A DNA stretch of 55,759 bases, taken from NCBI GenBank assembly GCA_045267865.1, contig JASFZJ010000045.1:1-55759 (forward strand), given 5' to 3'. The notes below the pieces were generated by a model. It made no database searches and was not told where the DNA came from. It saw nothing but the letters and a program-made list of their open reading frames with translations. Origin of the DNA: Sulfurovum sp. (GTDB lineage: Bacteria > Campylobacterota > Campylobacteria > Campylobacterales > Sulfurovaceae). The position numbers were made by a program, and so were the translations under genes. This document shows positions 37,911 to 47,725 of the stretch, one piece after another (position 1 is the first letter of the stretch; the number at the start of each line of letters is the position of its first letter).

Positions 37911-38639
37911 TTATATAGTTTCTATATAAAATGGGTTTTTTGAATTTGAAATTATAGCCAAAATAGGTAAAGATTTCAACTCCTCTAGCATTATCTGGGC
38001 AAAAAACATCTCACTCTCATAGTGTCCTATATCAACCATCATCAAATCTTGGCTCAAAGCACTCATAGCATCATGGTATTTTATATCCCCTGTCAAGAAA
38101 CAATCAGCCTCCACAAAGTTCAACAATGAAGCCCCTGCCCCTGTAGTAAGAGCGATAGAGGTTATCTTCTCTTTTTTGCCAATGACTTTAAGAGTAGGCA
38201 GATTAAGCTTCTCTCTCAAAATCGCCAAAAGCTCTTTATAATTCCACTCACCTTTTGCCAAACATAAAAAATCATTTTGCATCTCAACCTTAAAGCCCAA
38301 AACTTTCTCAAAAACATAACGATTGAGGTGAGTTTTATCAAAATTAGTATGCATAGCGATAAGAGACTGTTTTCTAAGTATCATCTCTTCAATCAAATTC
38401 GCAGGATATTTAGAGAAATCAAGCTCTGTAAGTTTGCCAAATATAAGAGGGTGATGGACAATAAAAAGCGTCCCCTCTGAAGCATTTTGGATATTATCAA
38501 TATCAACATCAAGAGACAAGACTATATTAGAGACTTCTCTATCCATATCACCGATTATAAGCCCTGAGTTATCCCATTTTTCTTGAAGCTCAAAAGGGCT
38601 TATTTCGTTTAGTTTTTCGTGTATTTGTTTTAGGGTCAT
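37911..38639 (-). CDS. Nif3-like dinuclear metal center protein
   Basis: WDNSGL, HHPLIF, HTNFD, TGDIKYH and GHYESE. Confidence 0.95.
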   Translation of the reverse strand: MTLKQIHEKLNEISPFELQEKWDNSGLIIGDMDREVSNIVLSLDVDIDNIQNASEGTLFIVHHPLIFGKLTELDFSKYPANLIEEMILRKQSLIAMHTNFDKTHLNRYVFEKVLGFKVEMQNDFLCLAKGEWNYKELLAILREKLNLPTLKVIGKKEKITSIALTTGAGASLLNFVEADCFLTGDIKYHDAMSALSQDLMMVDIGHYESEMFFAQIMLEELKSLPILAIISNSKNPFYIETI

Positions 38640-38773
38640 TTTTATTCTCCAACTTCTTTTATAATTTTCTTAGTATTTTTTCTTTTTTAGTTTATTATAA
38701 CATAGAATTGTTTGTTTGTCTAAAGTAAGAGAGGTTTGGATATAATAAACTATAAAATTTTTAAAGGAAGATT

Positions 38774-39163
38774 ATGAAATATATATCGTTTATTATACTA
38801 TTCTCTACATATTTACTTAGTGTTGAGTATGGTACAGCTAGGAATGAGACGCTTTTTAATCAGCTATCTCAAAATGAGAATAAATCTAATATCAATCTAA
38901 TCCAAGAGATAGAGAGAAATATTTATACTCAATTGAAAAAAATATCATATTATCAAAAAAAGATAGGAGATATAAGCTCTCTTGAAATAAAAATCTCTAA
39001 ATTAGATAAAAGTAAGTTGGATAATAAGAAACTTTCAAAACTAGATAATATGACATCAGAGCTAAAGATAAGAGAGCAAAGTCTAAATAACTCTATAAAT
39101 AAGAGCAAAGAGACTATAAAGATACTAGAGACTTTAAAAAGAAAAATAAAGGGGCGTAGATGA
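38774..39163 (+). CDS. Hypothetical secreted coiled-coil protein
   Basis: Signal-like N-terminus, heptad pattern, AAGGA RBS. Confidence 0.7.
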   Translation: MKYISFIILFSTYLLSVEYGTARNETLFNQLSQNENKSNINLIQEIERNIYTQLKKISYYQKKIGDISSLEIKISKLDKSKLDNKKLSKLDNMTSELKIREQSLNNSINKSKETIKILETLKRKIKGRR

Positions 39164-39687
39164 AAAAAGTTATTTTTATAATATTTATATTATTTATGAG
39201 TAGTTTAATTGGTGAAGCTAATATAAGTGATATTGATACCGACTATGAAAAATTGATAGAGAAATATGAAGGGCTAACAGATACAAAAATGGAAGTAAAA
39301 GATACTATTAATAATATATCTAATGGTAGAAGTATAAGAACTGATGGATTTAAGTATTATTCTGATGAAAATTCATCTATTAGATTATATAAATTTTCAC
39401 TTGTTCTACTACTTTCAATTACAGCTCTTTTGTCTCTATGGATTATACTCAAATATATCAAAGTAACTAGAAATAGTGATAATTTATTTAGATTGAGTGC
39501 TATCATTATTATACTCTTTATGTTGGGTGTTATTGTAATTATTGCAGAAGATACTACACAAATTTCGGCTGTTGTTGGTCTTTTGGGAGCTATTGCAGGA
39601 TATTTTCTAAAAGAGGGCAGAGAGGCATTATCTGATACACTAGATGAAGATAGTAACAATAAAAATATAGACAAACCATTAGATTGA
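39160..39687 (+). CDS. Hypothetical membrane protein
   Basis: Signal peptide plus about 3 TM helices ending LLGAIAGYFL; ATGA overlap. Confidence 0.7.
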   Translation: MKKVIFIIFILFMSSLIGEANISDIDTDYEKLIEKYEGLTDTKMEVKDTINNISNGRSIRTDGFKYYSDENSSIRLYKFSLVLLLSITALLSLWIILKYIKVTRNSDNLFRLSAIIIILFMLGVIVIIAEDTTQISAVVGLLGAIAGYFLKEGREALSDTLDEDSNNKNIDKPLD

Positions 39688-39694
39688 GAGCCAA

Positions 39695-40792
39695 ATGTAC
39701 ACAAAAGAACTTCAAGCGATAGAGAGAGCAAATAGATTTAGGAAACGAGAGATTTATGATGATAGATTAGATGATTTGGCATCTAATGACTATCTGGGTC
39801 TCTCAACCAATAAAAAACAGCTTAAAAAAGCATTTAAACTACTCAATGAGTATGATACTATTAGCTCCAAAGCTTCTATGCTTGTTAATGGTTATCACCC
39901 AATTCATCGTATGTTTGAAAAAACTTTAGCTGAGTATAATGGCTTTAATGAGGGGCTTATTGTCGGTTCTGGATTTTTGGCTAATATGGCTTTAATAGAG
40001 TCTTTGGTTCGTAAAGGTGATATGCTCTTTATGGATGAAGAGTACCATGCAAGTGGTGTGATGGCTTCGCAAATTTTGGGTGATAGAGTAGTCTTTTTCG
40101 CTCATAATAATAGTGAAGATTTAAGAGCTAAACTCACTCAATATCCTGCCCACAGACAGATAATTGCTGTTGAGGGTATCTACTCTATGAGTGGTGATTT
40201 GTGTGAGAGAGAGATTTTTGATATAGCTGATAGAGTGGGTGCTATATTGATTGTAGATGAGGCTCATAGTGCAGGAGTGTTAGGTGCAAATCTTTTGGGG
40301 ATATTTGAACACTACAATATTACTATCAATAAATACCATATCAAAATGGGAACACTAGGCAAAGCTTATGGCTCTTATGGTGCGTATATCTTGGCATCTT
40401 CTCATATTATCTCATTTCTAGTTAATCGTGCAAAGCCTATTATTTACTCTACAGCTCCTTCTATTTTTGATACAGCTTTAGCTCTTGTTAATATCAAATA
40501 TATTCGTAAAAATGCACAAGAGTATAAGATAGAGATAGAGAAGAGACAAGAGGTAGTTAATATAGATTTGGGTATTACTTGTAATGGATTGATTTTACCA
40601 ATTGAGATGAAATCAAATAAAGAGGCTCTCTATATTCAGAGTGGACTTCTTTCACAAGGTTATCTCATAGGTGCTATCCGTCAGCCAACGGTAGATAAAC
40701 CTATCGTTAGAGTAATACTAAATCTAAGTGTACCAATAGCAAAACTAAGACATGCTTTAGCTCTTATCAATCACAATAGAGGAGAAGATTAG
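39695..40792 (+). CDS. bioF: 8-amino-7-oxononanoate synthase
   Basis: SNDYLGL, HAS, DEAH, GTLGKAYG and AIRQPTV. Confidence 0.88.
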   Translation: MYTKELQAIERANRFRKREIYDDRLDDLASNDYLGLSTNKKQLKKAFKLLNEYDTISSKASMLVNGYHPIHRMFEKTLAEYNGFNEGLIVGSGFLANMALIESLVRKGDMLFMDEEYHASGVMASQILGDRVVFFAHNNSEDLRAKLTQYPAHRQIIAVEGIYSMSGDLCEREIFDIADRVGAILIVDEAHSAGVLGANLLGIFEHYNITINKYHIKMGTLGKAYGSYGAYILASSHIISFLVNRAKPIIYSTAPSIFDTALALVNIKYIRKNAQEYKIEIEKRQEVVNIDLGITCNGLILPIEMKSNKEALYIQSGLLSQGYLIGAIRQPTVDKPIVRVILNLSVPIAKLRHALALINHNRGED

Positions 40793-42855
40793 TGTTTAAT
40801 CTCTTTATCAAAGTCTCTATTATTGTGGCATTTTTGGTAGGTATCGCTCTTTTGGGTGTATTCGCTTATGCGTATCAAGAGGTCAATCTCAACGCAGATA
40901 AACTTATAAATTATAAACCACAAACTTCTTCTACTATATATGATAGGAATGGCAAAAGATTAGCTTATGTATTTAAGAAAAAACACCGTCTCTATGCACA
41001 GTATGATGAAATTCCAGGATTTTTGATTGAGGGACTTGTGGCGATGGAGGATACAAGGTTTTTTGAACACAATGGGGTCAATCCTGATGCGATAATTAGA
41101 GCAATACTCAAAGATATAAAAGCAGGAAAATTGGTGGAGGGTGGAAGTACAATTACCCAACAACTTATCAAAAATAAGATATTAACCAATGCCAAAAAAC
41201 TCTCACGAAAAATCAAAGAGGCAATACTTGCTATAAAGATAGAAGATGAGCTGACCAAAGAGGAGATTTTGGAGAGATACCTCAATGAAATACCTTATGG
41301 AAATAACTATTATGGAGTCAAAACAGCAGCAAATGGATATTTTCATAAAAAGATGAGTGAACTTACACAAAAAGAGATGGCTATACTTGTAGGATTACCA
41401 AATGCTCCTAGCTTTTATAACCCTTTAAGACACTACAAAAGAGCGTTAAATCGTGCCAATAATGTACTCTATCGTATGAAAAGTATCGGTTGGATTACCC
41501 AAAAAGATTATCTAAAAGCAGTTAAAGAGTCACCAAAAGTATATCGTACGACTCTTACACAAAATATAGCCCCAAGTATCGTAGATGAAGTACTTCGACG
41601 CTTCAAAGGACGACTTAGTGATATTCGTACAGGTGGGTATCATATCTACACTACAATTGATATGAAACAGCAAAGTATCGCCAAAGATGCTGTAGCTTTT
41701 GCTTATAAAAAGGCACTCAAAAGATATAGAGAAAAACCTAATAAATCTACTATAAATAGTGCATTTGTAGCCGTGGAGAGCAAAACAGGAGATATATTGG
41801 CAATGGTAGGAGGTGTAAATTATAAAAAATCAGTCTTTAACCGTGTTACACAATCTAATCGTCAGCCAGGCTCTGCTTTTAAGCCTTTTATCTACCAAAC
41901 AGCTCTTGATATGGGATATAATCCTGCTACCCCTCTTACAGATTTATCAAGAACATTTCAATATAGCTATAAAGGTAAGAAAAAAATATGGTCACCCAAA
42001 AATTATGAGAGAGATTTCAAAGGATTTATATCTCTAAGAGAAGCGTTAGTTCATTCTCGTAATTTGGCCACCGTTAATCTAGTCTCTGATTTGGGAGTGG
42101 ATACCATTAGAAATAGATTGGCATTTTTAGATGTAGCTAATATCCCCAATGATATGTCTATCGCGTTAGGAAATTTAGGATTAAGTCCCCTTAAAATGGC
42201 ACAGATATTTTCAGTTTTTGCCAATAACGGACACATGATAGCCCCTAGACTTGTGAGTAAAATCGTATCCAAAGAGGGTGTGGTGATATATGAGACCGAC
42301 TCAAAAGAGATAGAGAACTTCACCTCACCAGAACAAGCCTACCTTATGACCGATATTTTGAGAGATGTAATTAAAAGAGGAACAGGACGAAATGCAAGAG
42401 TTAAGGGTATAGAACTCGCAGGAAAAACAGGCACAACAAACAAGAATAAAGATGCGTGGTTTTGTGGCTATTCACCTACGATTGAGACGATTGTATGGTT
42501 TGGACGAGATAATAACAGACCCATTGGTAAAAATGCTACAGGAGGCTCAATATCAGCTCCTGCATTTGCATATTATTATCGTAAACTTATAGAACTATAC
42601 CCCCATATTAAGAGAAAATTTGATGTACCATCAGGGATATATCATGGTGAGTATAAAGGCAAAAAAGAGCTATATACAAGCGACTCTCCCCTACCAAATA
42701 GTACAAAAAAATATTCAGATGATGATGTTATAACCCTCTTTGCTGATACAATAGAGATAGAAGAGGATAAGGGAGATGAAGTAGATGACCCACTTCATCC
42801 CAAAAGAAAAACCCCACTTACGCATGATAGCGATGATAGTGGCAGACTGTTTTAA
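40792..42855 (+). CDS. Penicillin-binding protein 1A (class A)
   Basis: EDTRFFEH, GGSTITQQ, SAFK, SRN and KTG. Confidence 0.95.
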   Translation: MFNLFIKVSIIVAFLVGIALLGVFAYAYQEVNLNADKLINYKPQTSSTIYDRNGKRLAYVFKKKHRLYAQYDEIPGFLIEGLVAMEDTRFFEHNGVNPDAIIRAILKDIKAGKLVEGGSTITQQLIKNKILTNAKKLSRKIKEAILAIKIEDELTKEEILERYLNEIPYGNNYYGVKTAANGYFHKKMSELTQKEMAILVGLPNAPSFYNPLRHYKRALNRANNVLYRMKSIGWITQKDYLKAVKESPKVYRTTLTQNIAPSIVDEVLRRFKGRLSDIRTGGYHIYTTIDMKQQSIAKDAVAFAYKKALKRYREKPNKSTINSAFVAVESKTGDILAMVGGVNYKKSVFNRVTQSNRQPGSAFKPFIYQTALDMGYNPATPLTDLSRTFQYSYKGKKKIWSPKNYERDFKGFISLREALVHSRNLATVNLVSDLGVDTIRNRLAFLDVANIPNDMSIALGNLGLSPLKMAQIFSVFANNGHMIAPRLVSKIVSKEGVVIYETDSKEIENFTSPEQAYLMTDILRDVIKRGTGRNARVKGIELAGKTGTTNKNKDAWFCGYSPTIETIVWFGRDNNRPIGKNATGGSISAPAFAYYYRKLIELYPHIKRKFDVPSGIYHGEYKGKKELYTSDSPLPNSTKKYSDDDVITLFADTIEIEEDKGDEVDDPLHPKRKTPLTHDSDDSGRLF

Positions 42856-42882
42856 TTACAATTTTAACCACAAAGGATAGAT

Positions 42883-44190
42883 ATGCACAACTTCGCCCCA
42901 GAGATAACACTTATTACGATATTAGGACTCGTAATATTTTCAGATGCCCTAGCCAAAAGATTTCAGATACCCTCTGTATTTTTGCTTCTTATAGGCTCTT
43001 TTGTAGTCTATAACTATATACCTTTTGCTGTGCCAATAGATATGAAGCTTTATTTTGACGCTATAATTCTGTTTTGTATTCCTCTTATATTTATGGGTGA
43101 TGCTCTACATTTACATTTTTCAGACATCAAAAAATATAGTTGGGATATATTTTATTTAGCTATTATTGCTGTGGCTATCTCCATCTCAGTTGGGGCTAGT
43201 TTCTATTATTTAGGGATATTTGAGGGACTTACTTTGGGTGCGTATGTATCACTCTTTGCTATCAATATGGCAACGGATGCTGTAAGTGTTCAGTCTATAC
43301 TCTCTAGGTTTAAGGGGATAAGCCATCAGATAAAGGTGCTTATTGAGGGTGAGTCTTTAGGTAATGACGCTACAGCAGTTATCGCCTTCTTCTTTATAGG
43401 CTTACCATGGATGATGAGTGGAGATATAGACCCTCTTGTGGCTTCTTATGACGCGTTGCGTGTATTTATCGTGAGTCTTGGGATTGGTATCGCTATAGGT
43501 TTTGTTTTTTATATGTTGATGAAGTTATTTTCAGACAAAAGAGGAGAGCTTTTTGCTTTTATTGTCGAGGCATATTTAGCGTATGTAGTAGCAGAACAGA
43601 TGCATGTAAGTGGTATCCTCACACTTATCATAGCTATTATAGCCACAAAAGCATGGATAGATTTAGACCTCAAAGAAATAGAGGATGGCGATGCCAAAAA
43701 GTCCAAAAATTTTATGCATAAAATTCGTCTAGGAACTATCAATACTACAACAAAAGAGAGATTAGATTATATCTATGAGATGGCAAAAGAGTTTGGATAT
43801 ATCGCTGCTGTTATGATATTTTTTGTATTAGCAGATATGGTAAGCCTAGAGAAACTTTGGGAGTATAAAGCAGAAATTCTTATTATGTTTGTTATTACTA
43901 CAGTTATTAGAGCAATATCTATGGCAAAATTTGTATTTATAGGTGATAGATTTAGAGGTATAGCACCAGTAGGTAAAGAGGGTTGGTTTATCCTCACCTT
44001 TTCAGGAATGAAAGGGGCTTTATCTATAATTTTAGTACATCTTATCCCAGATAGCTATGAACACAAAGAGTTTTTTGAAGTAGTCACAACAGGTGTAGTA
44101 ATGATGTCTATCTTTGTTTATGGAACAGTATTATGGGCATATTTTAGATTTTTTAAAGTAGAAGAAGAGCCTAAGAGTCTGTTTCAATAA
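42883..44190 (+). CDS. CPA1-family Na+/H+ antiporter
   Basis: ATDAVSV, EGESLGND and GMKGALS. Confidence 0.9.
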   Translation: MHNFAPEITLITILGLVIFSDALAKRFQIPSVFLLLIGSFVVYNYIPFAVPIDMKLYFDAIILFCIPLIFMGDALHLHFSDIKKYSWDIFYLAIIAVAISISVGASFYYLGIFEGLTLGAYVSLFAINMATDAVSVQSILSRFKGISHQIKVLIEGESLGNDATAVIAFFFIGLPWMMSGDIDPLVASYDALRVFIVSLGIGIAIGFVFYMLMKLFSDKRGELFAFIVEAYLAYVVAEQMHVSGILTLIIAIIATKAWIDLDLKEIEDGDAKKSKNFMHKIRLGTINTTTKERLDYIYEMAKEFGYIAAVMIFFVLADMVSLEKLWEYKAEILIMFVITTVIRAISMAKFVFIGDRFRGIAPVGKEGWFILTFSGMKGALSIILVHLIPDSYEHKEFFEVVTTGVVMMSIFVYGTVLWAYFRFFKVEEEPKSLFQ

Positions 44191-44206
44191 GTTTGTATAT
44201 TTTTAA

Positions 44207-44233
44207 ATACTCCCAAATATAATTTGGGAGTAT
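44207..44233. terminator. Bidirectional hairpin between the antiporter gene and glnA
   Basis: ATACTCCCAAAT-ATA-ATTTGGGAGTAT, a perfect 12-bp stem. Confidence 0.7.
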
Positions 44234-44238
44234 GAATA

Positions 44239-45669
44239 TTAACAAGAGTAAGTTGAATAAAACTCAAATCCTGTTGGTCTTGCTTCGTCTGGATGTACTT
44301 GTGCTGTAAACATATATTGTCTATATGTTGTGATAAACTCATCACTCATTACAGGTCTAAGGAACTCGTAATCTCCCCTAAGCCCTTCAAGTGCTTCTCT
44401 AAGTGTTCTAGGCATTTGAGGTATATTTTTCTCTTTAATCTCATCAAGTGTAAGCTCAAATAGATCAATATCCATAGGTCCTACAGGAATATCTTCGTTT
44501 TTAATTCCATCAATTCCTGCCAACATCAATACAGCAAAACATAAATAAGGACAAGCAGTAGAATCAGGGAAACGAGTCTCAATTCTTGTAGCCATCTCAC
44601 CAGCTCCATAAGGAATACGACAAGCAGCCGAACGGTTTTGGCTTGAATAAGTCAAGATTGAAGGTGCTTCAAATCCAGGGACAAGTCTCTTATATGAGTT
44701 TGTACTAGGGTTCGTAAATGAAGATACAGCTCCAGAGTGCTTGAATATACCACCAAGGTAGTTTAATGCCATTTTAGAAAGGTTTGCATATTCACCCTCT
44801 TGATAGAATAAGTTTTTACCCTCTTTCCAAATTGATTGGTGTACATGCATACCATTACCATTATCACCATAAAGTGGTTTTGGCATAAATGTAGCTGTTT
44901 TGCCATTAAGGTGTGCTACCATTTTTACTACATATTTATATTTTTGTACATTATCAGCAGCTTCAATCATATCACCATATTTGATACCGATTTCACCTTG
45001 AGCTTGTGCTACTTCGTGGTGACCTAACATTACAGTAAGTCCTACCTCTTCAAGTAAAAGCATCATCTCAGCACGCAAATCTACCATACTATCTGTAGGC
45101 ATTGTTGGGAAATATCCACCTTTTGTACCAGGTCTGTGACCCATATTTCCTACTTCCCCATAAGGAGTAGAATAGTTCCATTCACCCTCTTCACTATCTA
45201 CTCTATAACCTGTTTGGTTTACACCTGACCAGATTTGTACATTATCAAAGATAAAGAACTCATTTTCAGGACCAAAGAAAGCATCATCACCGATACCTTC
45301 TGCTTCCATATATTTAAGTGTTTTTTTAGCGATACTTCTAGGACATCTCTCATAGAGTTCTTTTTTATAAATATCATAAACATCACAGATAACTATAACA
45401 GTAATATCAGCAGTAAAAGGGTCAAGAAATGTAGTAGGAACATCAGGTTTAAGAAGCATATCTGATTTATTAATTGGTTGCCAATTTTCGATAGAACTAC
45501 CATCAAATGGAAGACCATTTTCTAATATTTCAGTATTTACAGCAGACATTCTATAAGAAATATGATGCCATGCACCTTTAATATCTGTAAACCTAAAATC
45601 TACAAACTCTACCTCATTCTCTTCACAAAACTTAAAAAACTCATCCGTATTATTAACAAATTTAGCCAT
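44239..45669 (-). CDS. glnA: Glutamine synthetase type I
   Basis: FDGSSI, HHEVA, FMPKP..NGNGMH and RLVPGFEAP. Start placed at ATG 45669 by RBS spacing. Confidence 0.98.
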   Translation of the reverse strand: MAKFVNNTDEFFKFCEENEVEFVDFRFTDIKGAWHHISYRMSAVNTEILENGLPFDGSSIENWQPINKSDMLLKPDVPTTFLDPFTADITVIVICDVYDIYKKELYERCPRSIAKKTLKYMEAEGIGDDAFFGPENEFFIFDNVQIWSGVNQTGYRVDSEEGEWNYSTPYGEVGNMGHRPGTKGGYFPTMPTDSMVDLRAEMMLLLEEVGLTVMLGHHEVAQAQGEIGIKYGDMIEAADNVQKYKYVVKMVAHLNGKTATFMPKPLYGDNGNGMHVHQSIWKEGKNLFYQEGEYANLSKMALNYLGGIFKHSGAVSSFTNPSTNSYKRLVPGFEAPSILTYSSQNRSAACRIPYGAGEMATRIETRFPDSTACPYLCFAVLMLAGIDGIKNEDIPVGPMDIDLFELTLDEIKEKNIPQMPRTLREALEGLRGDYEFLRPVMSDEFITTYRQYMFTAQVHPDEARPTGFEFYSTYSC

Positions 45670-45896
45670 AAAAAACACTCCTAAAATTAATTTAATCCCT
45701 ATATTATAGCCACTAAAAAATAAGTATCCTCATATTTAGTGTCTAAATTTTAACCAATTGTCTATCTCGTCCGTTAAATGTAACAGCTTGACTCTATTTT
45801 GATGATGTATAGTATAAAGGTAAATTATAAAATGCTAAGTATCATTAGTCCAAAACAAGCTTTTTGGATATATCCTTTTCTCTCTATATTTTAGCC

Positions 45897-46469
45897 TTAT
45901 AAATTTGCACTCAAAGCCAATAATCTACACGAGTTCTCTAATACAGAGATTTTTTTTGCCATCTCTCTTATATCTCTATCATACGATATGACTCCAAAAC
46001 CTTTTATTAATATTAAGTGAGAGTCATTTTTTTGGAAGAAACTAGGTATCTCAAAAGGGGCTCTCTCCATCCAGTCTTCTACATTTTTTGGGTCATAGAC
46101 CATAAGTTCTCCTATTACTCTTTTGCCATAATAGTCCAGAGGTGAGACTTTGGAGTGTTTGAGTGAGTAGGCTGTGGCGTAAGGAGGCATTGTGTAGAGA
46201 ATATATTTGGCATTTGGTAATGTTTTGTAGATATGTTCGTGGATATGTACATCCGAACTTGCCATATTCCATCTGTAGTCTCTTTTGAGACAATCTAATC
46301 GCACCATAGAATCTTCTATTACCTCATCTAACATTGTATCTTTTGAGTTGATTATAAATCCGTTTAGTGAAATTCTAGCAGAGATAGAGCCGTGATATAC
46401 GGAGAAGAAGTCTTTGTTAAATAGCGATAGTGATATGCGTCTTATATCGTCAATAATATGTTTATCCAT
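45897..46469 (-). CDS. Class II aldolase/adducin N-terminal domain protein
   Basis: HGSISAR, ASSDVHIHEHIY and LIKGFG; metal-binding His residues partly lost. Confidence 0.82.
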   Translation of the reverse strand: MDKHIIDDIRRISLSLFNKDFFSVYHGSISARISLNGFIINSKDTMLDEVIEDSMVRLDCLKRDYRWNMASSDVHIHEHIYKTLPNAKYILYTMPPYATAYSLKHSKVSPLDYYGKRVIGELMVYDPKNVEDWMERAPFEIPSFFQKNDSHLILIKGFGVISYDRDIREMAKKISVLENSCRLLALSANL

Positions 46470-46527
46470 ATAATGAAACCTTTAGTTAGGAATATTTTGG
46501 TATTATAACATTAAAAAAAGGAAAATT

Positions 46528-47466
46528 ATGCAAACACCTCATATACCTGTACTTCTAAATGAGGTGCTAAAGAGTTTTGATATGCTAGATGATGGTGAAT
46601 TTGCTAATGGCTATTTTGTTGATTGTACTCTAGGGTATGCAGGTCATAGTAAAGAGATGCTCAAAACTTACCCTCATATCAACCATATTGGGATAGATAG
46701 AGATGATGAGGCGTTAGAATTTTCTAAAAATAGACTTTCACAATATAGTGAGAGAAGTAAACTATACAAAGGTACTTTTGCCACCGTATTTCCTACGCTA
46801 GAAGAGAGTCCGATAGTGGCTGTTTTAGCTGATTTTGGTGTTTCATCTTTGCAACTTGACAAAAAAGAGCGAGGTTTTTCATTTAATTCTGATAATCTTG
46901 ATATGCGAATGGATGCTAATGCACCTTTGACTGCTTTTGATGTAGTTAATGGATACTCACAAGAAAAATTGGAGTATATATTGGATAATTATGGTGAAGT
47001 TAGATTGTATAAAAAGCTTACTTCGGCTATTATAGAAGCTAGAGTAGCAAAACCTATAAATTCAGCCAAAGAATTAAGCCAAATAGCTAAGTCTGTGATA
47101 CCAGTAGGAGGGAAAATACACCCTGCTACTTTGATGTTTCAAGGGATACGCATAGAGGTCAATAATGAACTAGGTGAGATTGAGGGGCTTTTGGATGCGT
47201 TGGAGCAGAATTATACAAAAGGTGAAGTGGTATCTCTTATCTCTTTTCACTCATTAGAAGATAGGCTTGTAAAAAATAGATTTAAAAAATGGTCAAACAG
47301 GTGTATCTGTGATTCATTGGCTATGCGTTGTACTTGTAGTAGGGATAATGCTTTGGGTAAGGCTTTATCATCTAAACCAACTATAGCATCAAAAGAGGAG
47401 CTTCGGATAAATCCTAGAAGTAGGTCTGCCAAGCTTAGGAGTTTTAGATTTGCTAAAACGAAATAG
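46528..47466 (+). CDS. rsmH: 16S rRNA m4C1402 methyltransferase
   Basis: HIPVLL, DCTLGYAGH, DFGVSS, SFHSLED and NPRSRSAKLR. Confidence 0.97.
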   Translation: MQTPHIPVLLNEVLKSFDMLDDGEFANGYFVDCTLGYAGHSKEMLKTYPHINHIGIDRDDEALEFSKNRLSQYSERSKLYKGTFATVFPTLEESPIVAVLADFGVSSLQLDKKERGFSFNSDNLDMRMDANAPLTAFDVVNGYSQEKLEYILDNYGEVRLYKKLTSAIIEARVAKPINSAKELSQIAKSVIPVGGKIHPATLMFQGIRIEVNNELGEIEGLLDALEQNYTKGEVVSLISFHSLEDRLVKNRFKKWSNRCICDSLAMRCTCSRDNALGKALSSKPTIASKEELRINPRSRSAKLRSFRFAKTK

Positions 47467-47725
47467 AAAAGCTATCAAAGAAAATGGTATAGAGATAAAA
47501 AATATAATTTTTATTATTATCACTGTAGCTATCGTGGTCTCTTTGGCATTTTTCAAGATATATTTAAGTAGCCAAATATATTATGAGAGTAAATTAGTCA
47601 ATAAAATGAGGCAAGAGTTATCAATACTTCAAGCTGAAAAAGAGATGCTAGAGAAGGATATTGAGGCTTTGAAGTTTAAAAATAGAGTAGCTGATACAAT
47701 ATTTAAAATAGAAGAGGAAGAATAA
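47450..47725 (+). CDS. FtsL-like bitopic coiled-coil protein
   Basis: One TM plus a coiled coil, directly after rsmH. Confidence 0.6.
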   Translation: MLKRNRKAIKENGIEIKNIIFIIITVAIVVSLAFFKIYLSSQIYYESKLVNKMRQELSILQAEKEMLEKDIEALKFKNRVADTIFKIEEEE

